A stretch of 64,000 bases of DNA from Diadema antillarum (GCF_040938485.1 NW_027272921.1:62001-126000), one strand, 5' to 3'. Shown: positions 1 through 13,327, counted from the first letter of the stretch. Made by a program: numbers and translations. The notes: generated by a model from the letters alone, not told the origin.

Positions 1-177
1 TTTTTTCTTTCGATGCACTTGCAATCAATAAATTCATTTCTTCGCTAATTTCACTCTAGACATGAAATTTCCAAACTTGATTTATAAGGTTTAAAAAAAA
101 AAGTTTCAAAAATTAGATAAAACGATATATGACAATGAACATAATGATAAATGGGTAAATACATAACGGACTATCTA

Positions 178-592
178 CAGATCGACCTCGATTATCCGGC
201 CATGTCGGGACCGGCGCTCATCCGGATAAGCGAATTGGCCGGATAGCTGCCGTCCAAGCTGCCGTCCCAGTGCACTGAGTGGCAGCTAGGCAGGTAGCGT
301 ACCCCGCAACGGTGGTGTAATCTATGCTAGCCTGCGCAAAATTGTAGTCCCTTCTTCACAAAAATAAAGTATATCTTTATGTGAAAATCATACATGTTTT
401 TCCTCATTAGATATGGAGAAACCTATCATGCACATCTTATGAAATTAGTGAAATAGATCCATGAAAAGATGTTAAAGTCACTGTTTTTTTCTCAATTTTT
501 GGATGAAAAAAAAAAGGTCCTTCACTGCGTGAACGCGTCCGGATAATAGAGATTTCCGGTTAAAAGGAGGTCGGATAATCGAGGTCGAACTG
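178..592. mobile_element. Tc1/mariner-type MITE
   Basis: TIRs CAGATCGACCTCGATTATCCG / CGGATAATCGAGGTCGAACTG, preceded by TA; no ORF. Confidence 0.7.
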
Positions 593-3500
593 CTATATGG
601 TACCAACATGATGGTGTGCGTGCGTAAATGTACAACGTACGACGTCTGATATAATTGTATATGTATAGCCTACTATGACTATCACGACTACAATTACGAA
701 CGTGTATCACAATTTCTTTTAATATAGAAGTGTTTCGTTAGCCGCTTGTCCCGCCTTCACAATCTAAGCAATCCTGATATAACTGATTCAGAAATTGAAA
801 AAAAAAAGTTCTACATAGTATAGACTAATGCTATCATGTCTGCCATTACTACTTTAATTTTCGAGATCCTATTTCTACTCTTCAGCAGTCGTGTATTCTC
901 CAAACTCTCAGCTCCTTGTCGGATTTCCGTTCGCAGAGCTGGAATTACAGTCCTACTTTACACCGAGAAGACGGTTCTCGGTGAGTTTTCATTGAATGTG
1001 TGTGCAACTTGTACAGCAACAACGAAAAAAAAAAAAACCCACACAAACAAAAAACACGCACTTAACACCACCCGAAGTCACGACACAATCTGTATTTGCG
1101 GAGCGCAAATGGATTACCGTAGATTGCTGTAATACATCGCCGCAGTCGCCTACAACACATTTACGTGATGAATGCGAACTCATCTATATTTTTTGAACTC
1201 CATCAAAATGAATAAATAATACCAAACTTTGAACACACGCGGAGTAATGAAACACTTCCTATTATGAGCTGAGCTGCATGTATGAAAAAGAATTGTCAAA
1301 TCACATATGCAGCGTATCAGATTATAAAGTGTCGTGGCTTCTGACGTGTTTCCTTGGTGTTAATGGTATAACCTTCCCACCTGCAACAGTAATGCAATTA
1401 TTTCAATGAATTCTGAGGTTAATGCGATCAGGCTCAACGCAGTGGATCACGAATGAATCGTATTCGGCAATTCCCCTTGAAATATGGATTTCCATGAACA
1501 AAGAGTGGGAGATATTTTAACATTAGCCTCTGTTAGCTCCTTCTTTTCTTCTTTTGCATTAGAGTACGCCTTCGTATAATGCTGGTTCGTCCGTTCAGCC
1601 GAATCTCTGCACCCATTTGAAATGGAGTTACTTGATACACATAACGACATTATCAAGCCTAGTATTAGTGGGCACTGTGGCATTGGCGGTAAAAAAAGAA
1701 TGCGATTCGGAATCGTTTGATATAACACAGATATTGCGATCGGCCTGGAACCAAGGCCCCCCTTTTCCCCAGGAAAAGGAGAGGAAACAGAGAAACAAAG
1801 AGGGAAAAAAAAAACCGCGAGAATTTACAAGCCACTTCGGAGATATAAAGTATCTCATGTGTACATGGGTACAAATGACCTTTCATTTTCCTCGGTTGGT
1901 TAGGCACTTCACTCAATTTAAAGCGACATATAATTCATCAGTTTGACCAACATAGCAATTTATGCAAATTGTATTCAAACAAAGAATGAACCTGCGTAGA
2001 TCACGTGACCAGAACCGTTCGTCAATCAACACTTTGCGAAGCATCCATTTCATTGTGCTATATTGAATGCATTAACATCTTTTATTTTTTTTATTTTGTT
2101 GTTGTTGTTGTTGTTGCTTTGCCAAATACCAGGCTTGCTGTGAGGTGGATGTACTGGAAGGCACCATTAAGAAGGATTACATGAACAAACATTACTTCAC
2201 AGAATTAAGTACAACTTAGTGGATTTAAAAACCAACCTGTCTCTCAGTACAAATGACCTTTTTCTGCTCATGCGCAAACTGGAACCTTGAACTGGCTTAT
2301 CGGTGGTTAACATTTAATCCTTTTTGTGCTAATGAACCAAATATGCACATATTCCACACATATATCTACGTTCAGGAAACCAATGTCGCACACTGAGGGT
2401 TGATAGTCCCATCCTGACTGCCAGAAGTAATGCGCAGAGCGTAATCTTCGGTTTTGTTTTGTTTTGTTTTGTTCTTTTTTGTATTGTGTGTTCGTTGGTG
2501 CAAGTGTTGTGGTTGGGGGGGGGGGGGTGCAAAAAAAAAGAAAATGGGGACGTAAGCTTTACATTTTTTTTTTGTCCCTCTATCTTTCTCCGTCTCCAAA
2601 TGTGACAAGCTGTGAAGGACGCAAATGAAGTTTACTGAACATTGCGTGCGAGGACAACAACATGTTTGGACATTTATCAGCTAATTTCACGCTGTTGATC
2701 AAACACACAAAGGGGGTAAAACAAACGTGTTCATTCGACAGATAACGTTCGGTAAATCTGACCAAGAAGATATAATCAGCTACCCTGATCATGTTTACAT
2801 GTTACTTATCGGGAGCGGCAGATTGCTAAAAATGCACCGGACCCGCCAAAGGTGTATATTATAGCGTATGGTGCTCCTACTGGGACATCCTACGCGACTA
2901 TCGACGTGATCTCTCATCGAGCAGAGGCAATTACATTCACCCACACAATAACATTCACCACATATCTGAAAATATACGAGCTTCCACGGCAAAGAAAACA
3001 ACTAAAACCACAACAAACACAAAAACGATGATAAGACGGGCACACGTATTATTTCCAATACGCACAGGGGAACGAGGTCACCAATTACACTCGCGCAAAT
3101 CCACAGATCTCTATGTGGCATGGAAGAAAAAAAAAATCTATGAGTGACGATGCAATAAAACCGTTAACAGTTTAGACAGTTACGTTGACGTCTGTTTCTT
3201 CGTGGAGGGACATAAGAGATCTTTTGCGTTGTCATTGATTCAGTCATCAGCGTAATTAATTTTCTTTCACGGCATGCCGCCATATACGTAAGGTGCTGTG
3301 CAAGTAAATCTTAATTCGCCTTGGAACGCCGTGACATTTATCGCCCCGCCACGGGGCCACAGTTCAAAAAATTAATATCAGAACAATATCCATACGCGAA
3401 TCTTTAATCATAATACAACGTCCTTTACTACGACTGCTAAATCGTAGCGACGACAGCTGTATCTATACTAATATAAATCAAATCTTTATTGACATATATG

Positions 3501-4060
3501 TCATATACAACCATATAAGCTCCACGGTACCAAGTAGCTACGAAAATCCGATGCAAATGACTCAAATGCCTCTTATAAATTCAACAGTTCCCCGAGACAA
3601 AGGAATCGAAGAAGAAAATGAGTTTTGCTGAACATCCAAGGACAAGAACAAAAAGACGAGCGATGAAGTATCAAAAGCTTTTCTGAAATGACAAATCATT
3701 TTTTATTTCGACCTGTAAAGTATAAGAAATAAATTCAGAGGTACACCGTGGGGTGGACATATTTTGGCAGATGATCTCGCCGAGACTTCTTCATTACGCC
3801 GCGACAACCGGTGACCGACGGGGCTTTTCTTTTCGGCTTTTCTCCTCTCTCTCTTTTTTTTTTCCTGTATACCACCGGCTTCTACGTTTGCGCTCTCCAC
3901 GCGTGCCGTAGCCACGGCAGAAACGATCAAAGATCACCGCAAAGGCTATCTACTGAAAAGAGCATAATCAGGGAGGTGGAAGAAACTTCCACCTCCCTGG
4001 CATAATTAAGCAGTACCGGGCAGTTGGGCATTAAGATAAAAATACATGTATATCTTCCAG

Positions 4061-4291
4061 GTGCCAATTCCCGTCGAGCTAGCCCGCCGCGAAGACGCGG
4101 GGAATTCTCCGTCTGACATTTCGCGAGAGGCGCAGTATACGCAGGCCACATCTTGATCCATCAAGTCGGCGGACGAGGCACTCGCGACCCTGGCAACGCT
4201 TTGACGCAGGTGTCGAGCTCCAGCCACTTAACATTTCGAGTGATTTCTCGAGGGCTCTATACTACTTTGTAGCTGAACAACTGGATACTTT
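4061..4291 (+). other. Candidate non-coding 5' UTR exon of the GPCR
   Basis: Acceptor tcttccag| at 4060, donor |gtgagt at 4292, CpG-rich; an alternative acceptor follows the pyrimidine tract at 3826-3910, and a further upstream donor ctcg|gtgagt is at 981. No transcript evidence. Confidence 0.35.
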
Positions 4292-4873
4292 GTGAGTGTA
4301 ATATTGTGTACGGTCACAAAAATCATGGTAGGCAACACTTCTTTCTTCTTTCTGTTTTTTTTTTTTCGCTTGTCCTGCCGTTGTACGTAACTTTTTGAAA
4401 GTGATTCAAATCGCCGTACTTGGACTCCAGAGTTAAACAGGATCCCGTCTCAGACTGTGTGAGGTGCATTCTTAGGAGGGGTGCACAACTGGTATAAAGA
4501 TGAACCGCAAGTAGTCATACATGTTTGGTTACCTTAAAGCACTATCGAAGGAAATGCTGAACAAGACAGTGCCTCATCTACGAATCAAAATTGATCGCGT
4601 GATCAAGTTTACGTCACAAAACTTGCGAATGTAATCGATGCCGTGAATAGTTGATGCAATAAATGCGGGTGAGAGACAAATAATGTCTTGCAATGACATT
4701 CATCCACCCTAAAATTGAAAGGAATCATAAACGACACTTTTCGTATTTTCCTGGCGGTGTTTCAAACGATCACAATGCCTGGCTCAACTGCGTTGAGAAT
4801 TTCATAGCTTGGCTGCGTTGGCAAAAATAATTGGGAAATAAAGACGAACAACCAATAGAGAACAGAGGCAAAA

Positions 4874-5911
4874 ATGGCGCTTCCCTCTGGTCAGAACGCG
4901 TCTGGAGTGCCCGAGGAATCGTCGGACGGACCTTCAACATCTGAGATCCTGGAGACTGTTTTCCTCGCCCTGGTGTGCGTAGTCGGCACGGTGGGTAATC
5001 TCCTGGTCATCCTTGCCATCGGGACCACCCGCGCACTCCAGGTCCGTCACAATATCTTCATGGTGCACCTGGCCGTCGTCGATCTCATCACTGCGGCGGT
5101 GCTCGCTCCTTTCTTTATGTTCAGCCTCGTTAACGGCGGGTGGCCGTTGGACGACAAAGCTTGCCTCGCCATCGGCTACCTGACCACCATCTGTCTGACG
5201 ATATCTGGAATGACCGTCAACGGGATCGCTGTCTGCAGAGCCGTCACTGTCATCTACACCAATCCAGTCGAGCGGAGTCGCAAACTAACCCGGGTGATTC
5301 TTATGATTTCAGTCGTGCTCGTAGCGCTGGTCGCCGTCGTCGTGACACTGCCGACCGCATTCGGGATCGGAGCCGTGGGCTACAATGAGCACCTCGGACA
5401 CTGCTCAGTCAAGTACACCAACACTTCTGAGTGGTACTACTGCGCCATTCTTTTTCTCATCGGACTGGTCACCACTCTGACGGTGGTTCCGGTCAGCTAC
5501 GGCCTGATCTTTATGGCCTTTCACAAGAGCCGGATGACCGTTGAGAATATGTCACTCGCGAGTCGGACCAACCCCGACAGCAAGGCTCGCCGCAGCGACA
5601 AAAGAGTTGGACCGCCGAAGCAGCTCTCTGATAGGAAACTCTTGAGCCGCGACGAAATCCGACTGACCAGGAACCTCCTCTTGCTCTACGGCGTTTTCCT
5701 CCTCTGCTGGATTCCTTACACATCGGTGTTGCTGGCCGACAGGAACCTAACGAAGACGTACGCAGTGCACCGAGCGACAAACATTTTTCTGTGGCTGAAC
5801 TCGTGTTTGAACCCACTGCTGTATGCCTTGATGATACGAAGCTTCCGACAGGCGTACAAAAGGATGCTTTGCAAAGTATTTTGTGGGAAGGGGACATCTT
5901 GTATCAAGTAG
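4874..5911 (+). CDS. Class A (rhodopsin-like) orphan GPCR, melatonin-receptor/GPR84/Moody-like; uninterrupted CDS, 345 aa
   Basis: Seven hydrophobic segments; TM1 GN, TM2 LAVVD, TM3 Cys plus ECL2 Cys (GYNEHLGHC), TM5 P...Y, TM6 CWIPY, TM7 NSCLNPLLY, N-terminal NAS sequon, C-terminal cysteines; good Kozak aaaATGG. Subfamily assignment is inference. Confidence 0.9.
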   Translation: MALPSGQNASGVPEESSDGPSTSEILETVFLALVCVVGTVGNLLVILAIGTTRALQVRHNIFMVHLAVVDLITAAVLAPFFMFSLVNGGWPLDDKACLAIGYLTTICLTISGMTVNGIAVCRAVTVIYTNPVERSRKLTRVILMISVVLVALVAVVVTLPTAFGIGAVGYNEHLGHCSVKYTNTSEWYYCAILFLIGLVTTLTVVPVSYGLIFMAFHKSRMTVENMSLASRTNPDSKARRSDKRVGPPKQLSDRKLLSRDEIRLTRNLLLLYGVFLLCWIPYTSVLLADRNLTKTYAVHRATNIFLWLNSCLNPLLYALMIRSFRQAYKRMLCKVFCGKGTSCIK

Positions 5912-6138
5912 ACAGGGTGTGACCGGAAGACCAAGATCCTTACACAAAAATGTCCTTCATACTTACCCAGTTTATACCAGACACTATTGTTTGCTTGGTT
6001 TCTTTTGAGGGCTGTCCTTGACAAAAGATGATCTTATTGCGTATATATTATTGGGCAAGGCTTGAATACATGCATGACGGGTATTTCATATGTTTATCCA
6101 AAAAGTTGCAACTGCTGTGAACATATTGATTGGTGCGT

Positions 6139-6195
6139 CTATCTATCTATCTATCTCTCTCTCTTTCTTTCTTTCTTTCCATCTATCAATCTATC
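6139..6195. repeat. Compound microsatellite (TCTA)n(CT)n(CTTT)n
   Basis: Read directly. Confidence 0.85.
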
Positions 6196-6634
6196 TAATT
6201 CTTCCTGTTCATTACAGATTGCAGCATACTTAAGTATGTGGATCCAACTTCTAGTGATTCTGTCTAGGAATTTGTTTTATTTGTTTGTTTGTTTGCCTTT
6301 CTTTGCGTCATAGTGGGCCACTGACAATCTGCGTTGATCATGACACTAGTATATATATGATCGATTTCTTCCTAGAAATCACAGTCCTGAATGTGAAACA
6401 AAGAGGGAAAGATAGAGGGAGTGTGCAATGGAAAACGGAAAGAACACGGTCAACCAGTATCTTTTTCAAACACTGATGTTACTGACTGATGTTCACTAAT
6501 GTTACGTGCAGTGCTATAAAGTAACTTTCGATGCTTACATCCGCGTGACATTAACGGCGTGATAGCGAACAACGGATATCTTTCAAAATTTTGCCTACGC
6601 AATCGCAATAAAAAAAGTTTGACATGCATTATGC

Positions 6635-6854
6635 CACGGCTCGACATGAGCGGTGCCCCGAGGTCCCTAAAAATTGATGTCGGGCCACCTAATTCCCAAA
6701 AAAGCTTATCCTTTAGTGGTCCAATCGTGTAGCTGAAATTCAAAATTAGATTATATATTTCTTCTATTTCGGGCCACCAAAGTCTTCAATTTGTATATAT
6801 TAGAGGACCGAACGGGCCACCGGAGAAAACAAAAATGTTTAATATCGAGCCCTG
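6635..6854. mobile_element. hAT-like MITE
   Basis: TIRs CACGGCTCGACAT / ATATCGAGCCCTG, three internal GGGCCACC motifs; no clear TSD. Confidence 0.5.
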
Positions 6855-7119
6855 GTTGGGCACTTTACCCAATTGAGAGATATCGGTTGCCAAAAGTCAA
6901 GATATCCAAAGGATTCTTGGGATACACACTGCTCAGACTGCATCCCGTTCACTGATGAGCCGGATGATTGGGGTTCTAGCTCCTGTCTACAGATGGCCCG
7001 AAAATTTTGTGCATGGACTCCAAAACATAGATGTCCGCAGCATGAATGACACATTACCGTTTAATATGTCATCGACGTACGAATGTGATATGAACTAATT
7101 TTGTCTGTGAAACACCATT

Positions 7120-7415
7120 ATGAGAAATACATCATTGCAGTAAAAAAAATTCGTTGTTGTTGTTTTATCATCGCTGAGATATCCAAATCAAGAAGTGTTT
7201 TATTCACTTTACACATGTACTGTATGTATTCTTTGCCGTCAACTCTAGCTAAAACCATCCCGTTAGCATGAGCTGGTATGTTTGTCGTCGACCAGTTTGT
7301 CATTTTCTTCATGATAACGGAGATATGGTAATCATTTCAACATATTTAGATATGACGACATCATTGGCAAAAACAACAACCACGAAATCGCTTCTGTAGA
7401 TACGTCTCATGAAGG
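7120..7415. repeat. Degenerate inverted repeat (old foldback element)
   Basis: 7148-7188 is imperfectly complementary to 7345-7389, with further weak pairing outward. Confidence 0.3.
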
Positions 7416-9173
7416 TATATAGCGCAATGATGTATAGGCAATCCACTTAATATCGATGAATACATGAGATAAAATAAAAACATTAAAATATTGCTGTTGC
7501 GGTTGGAAATATTTAATTCATACTCGAATTGGTGTCAAGGTAAATGACCAAACATTTCGCCTGATTAAGGGGCGATGAAATAGTGTTAAGTCTAAATTAT
7601 TAATTTCATACGACGCGTTGTTTGTGGTGGTTGAGTATAGAAGCAAAGTGTATCCATGCATTGGCGACCACACATGTACCAAAGACGCCATGCACTTGAA
7701 GCGTAATCGCTGTATCTAGGGGGAAAGAATCTATGTCCATATACCGTTTTCGACACTGGCGACTGATGCGGGGGGAGACGTTAAGAGTTTTGTCAACATT
7801 TGCGTAGGCTGGACGACCCCGGGAAGATTTGTATACTTATTACCTTGCAAATTACAGCACGAACTTTACACGTAATTACATAATCGAGATATATACGTCT
7901 TAAACTGTGATTCCTGCACCCGTTAACTAAAATAGTTTGCTGATGGACATGTGACCAAACAAGGTGGAGGGGGTAATTTACGATCTAGCAAACCTCGAGT
8001 GACATATCATACTGTAGTGTTTCATTGCCCACTGGAAGTCCTCTGCTTCATAAATGAGTTTGCCCAATTGTATCATGCATCACTTCTTCAGACGTATATT
8101 ACGACGTTTTTTGGCTTTGCCCATGATGAGGAGTTAACCGTATGTATAAGAAACTCGTGATATTTGCAGTGACAAAAAAAAAAAGAGAGAAAGAAATATT
8201 TTTGAAAAGTGCTGCTGCATCCATCTACAAACATCTCTATCGCTTTCATATCTAAATGTCAAGGATACCGGCTGTCCATCAAAGCAAATTGTGCAGTAAA
8301 AATAAAAATGTGAAGGGTCCATTACTCTTAGATTTGATATTGCATTTTTTCTGGTCTTTCTTCGCAATGCATCCAGTTTCGGGTTATACACTGTACTGTC
8401 TTTCCTAAAGTATTGTATCAAAGTGCAGTAAATTTATACAAAGAGCATTATTATTTTTTTTCCCAGTTAGTGACTATCAAAGAGAATGAACAATTCTATT
8501 TCTACCCAACACTTATCAGTTACAAGAATTGCTCTTGATGTTAATACTTTCTTTCATCATGTGTTCATCGTTTTACAATCGTAATAAGAAATTATTGATA
8601 AAATTGTGCATTACTTGTGATGCTACAAGTCAGAAAAAGATGCAGATCATTTGCTGTAATATTTGCACAAAGGGACCAATAAAAAGAAACTGGATTAGAA
8701 TAACATACTATTTGCCAAAACATCTAAACTTCAAATCATAACTATGGTCCCTATGGAAGAGCTGTATATTTTTACGTGTAACGCATATACCATACTCACT
8801 GTAACATGATCACAAGTTTAAACGGTAATATAGGAGATATTGTAACATCAAATTAAGATTTAAATGAATGTTCAACAATCCTGGCTCCTCTGCTGTAATA
8901 TATTGGACAAGATATTTCATATCTAGGACTAATTCTGGTTCTTTTCATTGAATTAGCTAATGGCAATAAAATTCTTATTGGACAAAGATGATAACGGTGG
9001 TTGGGTACAGAAGTTGTATATAAAAATCTGTCATATGGCACATGCAAGCTTAATTTATTATACAATTATCCAAATGGGGATCGAGTCACAATGGGAAACG
9101 GCAAACAAGCATGAATAAGAAATGGCATTGAAAATCGCTTTTGATTTGCCAGCCACCAGTTTGGTTTGTTTGT

Positions 9174-9187
9174 GTAACCATAGCAAC
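9174..9187. promoter_or_regulatory. RFX X-box
   Basis: GTAACCATAGCAAC, full match to GTNRCCATRGYAAC. Confidence 0.55.
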
Positions 9188-9458
9188 ATACACAACTCAT
9201 CTAATTTTTCCCCTCTGAAGAATACTTCTATAGCGGTCTAAGAGGAGGGACCTTGGGCAAAATCACATACAGATCTTGACAAGAAATTTTAGCCAGGTTT
9301 CTGTTTTTCTTTTACTTGTATTTTTTTAATTTTTTGGTTCCTGCAAGTCATGGAATATTCAAGGCACCATTAAATGAGAAACCTGAGCTGCCGACCACAA
9401 GAGAACAAAATGCCGTTTATATTGACACAAAAAAAGCTGCCACAGATCGTAACTCTAC

Positions 9459-9460
<2 letters not shown>

Positions 9461-9494
<34 letters not shown>

Positions 9495-9512
9495 GTGTGT
9501 GTTGTGTGTGTG
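9461..9512. repeat. (TG)n microsatellite
   Basis: Read directly. Confidence 0.95.
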
Positions 9513-9920
9513 CGTAGTGTGTTCGCTGTGCGTTCTGGGATGTACAATTTATGGGACGTAAAATCATTTGTTCTACGTACAATGATGTGTACAATGTACG
9601 TGTGTATGAACAATGCACAAAGAGGTCCATTACATTTGATGATGGGAACTTTGGTCTGTCTTTTCTCCAAACCCTCTCCATAATAAACAATCACACATAT
9701 TATTCATTATGGATATTTCTCTCCACAAAAGCAAATGCATAATGACCATGAGGATAACGTGCTGTTATGATAACAGTTGACTACATCTGTATGTATCAAG
9801 TGTAATTGGTAGCAGCAGCTGGACTTTGTCTCTTGTTGAAAATACAAGAATTAAACGATTCAGAAAACCTGAAGAGCATTGAATTCTTTTTTCCCAGCAG
9901 AAAGCTATTATATCCTGTTT

Positions 9921-10124
9921 CATACCTGCCAACCCTGAGACTTAATAAATCTGAAAAAACAAAGAAAAATTAATTAAAAATCTGAACTTTAGTTAATTTC
10001 ATATACACGTATTTTACTATTAACAGATATTCAAAAAAAAAATCAGAACACACTGAAATTAATGCATTTCCTTTCAGTGAAAAATCTGAATATTCAGATT
10101 AAAATGGAACACTTGGCAGGTACG
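9921..10124. mobile_element. MITE, superfamily unassigned
   Basis: TIRs CATACCTGCCAA / TTGGCAGGTACG flanked by direct repeat CTGTTT; internal AAATCTGAA-type motifs. Confidence 0.6.
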
Positions 10125-12694
10125 CTGTTTTCATTAAGTCACAGTCATTTCACTGATATTCAATGATATATGACTTTGTAAATCATGTAATATATGAATA
10201 TATTCTTCTAAACCCCCTGAACCATTCTTCATGGCATTTCTGTAGATCAGATTATTACTATGTATGTTACAAAAAAAGAGTGAGATTTGAGGGGTGAAAT
10301 GTAATCTGCAGTCTCTGATTAAAATTTCAAAAATAGGTAAAGAGGTTTTTTCTTCTTAAAAAAAAAGAAGACAATCTAATAAACAGCAAATTGCAAATTT
10401 CATTCAATTCTTGTTTTGGGTTGCTGTTGTTTTTTTCTATATGAGGTGCCTGTTTACTATTTCCTCATGATGAAACAAAATACAAATACAAAGTTAGTTA
10501 GTTGCTCTAAGGAAGCACATAATACATTGTGGTCTTCATCCATCAATTCAATTGCCAAGAACCCATTTGTCCACACCATCCACTCGTAAACACTTTTTTC
10601 CCACGAGGTATTCCATTTGCACACAAATTCTCTGATACAGACAGTACGTGGCTGCACATTTGGTGAGCTTGTCAAACACAGCTAAATCCATTACAATTCA
10701 GTTCTGCTGTCAAACATTTGATACGATAAAAGAAAATAATAGCAAACAGTAAAAATATGGAAATATGGGGAAAAATCAGGTGTAAATGAAGAAAATAAAG
10801 TCCACAGGGGAAAAAAAAAAATGGTACATGTACTATTCATGATGGATGAGGTTTCTATCTAGATATGGATATAAGATTATGTGTCGTGTGCCCAGAAGAA
10901 TTATGCAAATGTACGCATTTCAAGGAAGATGTGCCCAGAAGGACGACGCAAATGCTGGAGAGGCTTGTAGGTATAACGTGCGCCTCACGTGCGTTCGCAT
11001 CATTCTTCCGGGCACACAATGTTTGGCTAATCAGGACCCACAAAAAGCATGTAAGGCACTAGCAATTATTAATGCATACCCTATCTTGTTAAGTGAGCAG
11101 TACAGAATCAAACTTCTTCCCCCAACACAGATTGAATTCAATACATGGTGGGTGAATTAGTAACCACTGGTGGCTTTTATGGTTCCCAGAGTAAACATTG
11201 AAGAAGTCAGCCATGTTAACAATGGATTTCCTTGGATTGATACAAGATTGCACCATTCCATTTAATCAGCTTTGAATTTCACCTTCATGTTAGCACAGCT
11301 TCTATTTTAGCCACACTTGTCTACTGTGCTCCTGCCTCATGTGCAAAGATTATTCTAATGGCTAAGTAGGTACTGCTGCTATTAAACTTGGCAATTCATT
11401 ACTAAGTGACAAATGGCAAGTGTTAAAATCCCCCTCTACGCTGAATTTTAATTGATCAAATCAGCACGGTGACAGATTGTTCTCGCCTGGCAGTCGTCGC
11501 TTGCCTTGTTATCTCTTCATTACCCCACACCTTAGCTGATCTTTGAAGGGATATGACATAGAAAGGGAGGCGTTACAAGAAAAAGCTTAATCAGAGTAAT
11601 TGGACGCACGCCTCATCATTTTAAGGATGGATCCATGGGTGCCTCGCAATCACACCTGAGGTGAAAGGCGAATGATTTTTCATCAAACTAATCTTGCGGG
11701 CTGTGTTTGCTCTGAATATTAAAGACCAGATTGCATTCACTGGGATGTGATGACGGCGAGGAAGACAATGTACAACTTTTCGACGACCACAAGATGAAAC
11801 CAGCACGTAAAGTGCTCTACACAACCCTTCATGTACAGGTGTACATGCAGTGTTTCACAACCTATTAAACATTTCTCAGTATATGTCAATAAAAACATGA
11901 GCATATACAGTACCATGATTCTTTTCATAAATGATACATACACAGCTATTGGGTTTGTTGTATCGTAGCTGTCTATAACCTATGTACGGCCATTTGATTT
12001 CTTGATTAGCACAACCTTCACTGGTTTAGTTGCACATAATGCTTGTCTCCATAAAAAAAAATAAGACAACATCATATAGCATGTGATAGCCTCTGAAAGT
12101 ATACATATTTTGATAAATCAGATCGCATCTCTCTAACAGTTTAGCACTTGTGCTCCATGCGTTTAAGTTCTGCTCCGCAAGTGCTGGTACTGGTGTGTAT
12201 ACGCTCTATCTATACTCGTACGTTTTTACAAATGATATCAAGATTCCATGTTGATCGGTTAGCGGGCCGGAGGCAGCTGATTGCAAATTGCATATAACAC
12301 TATAATCGTTAAAGATGTATTTGGAAAACAATATTGGTAGCGCGATCGTTCGATAGAAAGAACCGAGTGATGGACTTGTCTATTTAAAGCATTTTTGTTT
12401 TTGTAATACTCTTTAAAATTTACATTTAAATCCAAATAGATAAGAATCACAGTGATAAAAAATTCCAGTATTTTGCAAAGGGCATGTCTCAAGTATATTA
12501 GAACACCACATATAGCAAACATAATACTCAGGGTATTGGTACACTTTAATGCTTTAAATTATGATAACACTTTGACAATGTACAGCACAACTTTATTACA
12601 AGTAATCAGGCCAGAAAGACTTTACATCTTTTTTTTTTTTTTTTTTTTTGCTTGAAGGAGAGTATATTAGTGCATAAAAAATATTAAATGGACT

Positions 12695-12745
12695 CACACA
12701 CACACACACACAAACACACACACTCTCTCTCTCTCTTACTCTCTC
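12695..12745. repeat. (CA)n(CT)n microsatellite
   Basis: Read directly. Confidence 0.9.
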
Positions 12746-13327
12746 TTTCCATAGCTTTATGACCAATCTTTTGACTTGCCTCAGCTTCACAAGAGCAGTA
12801 AGCCCTATTTTCAGATATTTTGGCATGCAATGCGAAAGTAATGATTACCATAATTTTTTATCAACGTTACTAACGCACATATGCTGGGTGTACATGTATA
12901 AATTACAGAATCAGAAATTCTCCAGTGCAAAAAACTTTCATGAATTTTGTGAGGAGCCAAGATTCACATAAGTGAAATGCACATAAACGATTTTTCCTAC
13001 CTAATACATTAAATGCCCGTGGCAGTTTGCCAAAGTTTCATGTCACGAAAAAAGGCTGTCTGCTCCAATTCGTGAAAGTTTCAAGCCGCAAATGATTCTG
13101 ATTTTACAGCATGATATACATAATAACTATTCCATTCTCTTGTATTATCCTGTTTTTTTCACAGCATTATGAAAACTTTCCCCCAATTTTGGACACAAGC
13201 CTTCTGAAAAACAATGTGTGTGCACGTTCAGGTCACCGGGTCACGTTGTTTACTCAGCTCACGCTTGAACGGAGATAACAAAGAGACCGGGGGTTTCCAT
13301 TATCAAAATAGGGGTTTGCTGCATTGA

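Noticed and set aside
836-1132. 98-aa ORF with a hydrophobic N-terminus and a donor at 981
   Set aside because: No recognisable domain; splicing to the 4061 acceptor gives a stop after 18 codons. At most a 5' UTR exon or uORF.
5140-5897. Alternative-frame and antisense ORFs over the GPCR
   Set aside because: Shadow ORFs produced by GC-rich codon usage; no motifs.
6855-7060. B-box-like GGTTCTAGCTCC and GGGCACTTTACC suggesting a tRNA-derived SINE
   Set aside because: No A-box or cloverleaf, the motifs are in unexpected order, and there is no second copy.
10846-11160. 104-aa ORF containing CAQKDDANA-like repeats
   Set aside because: The repeats occur in different frames and strands, so the DNA motif rather than a protein explains them.
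11535-11840. Acceptor-like site followed by moderately GC-rich sequence, tested as the next dynein exon or another gene
   Set aside because: Stops in all plus-strand frames and no dynein similarity on the minus strand.
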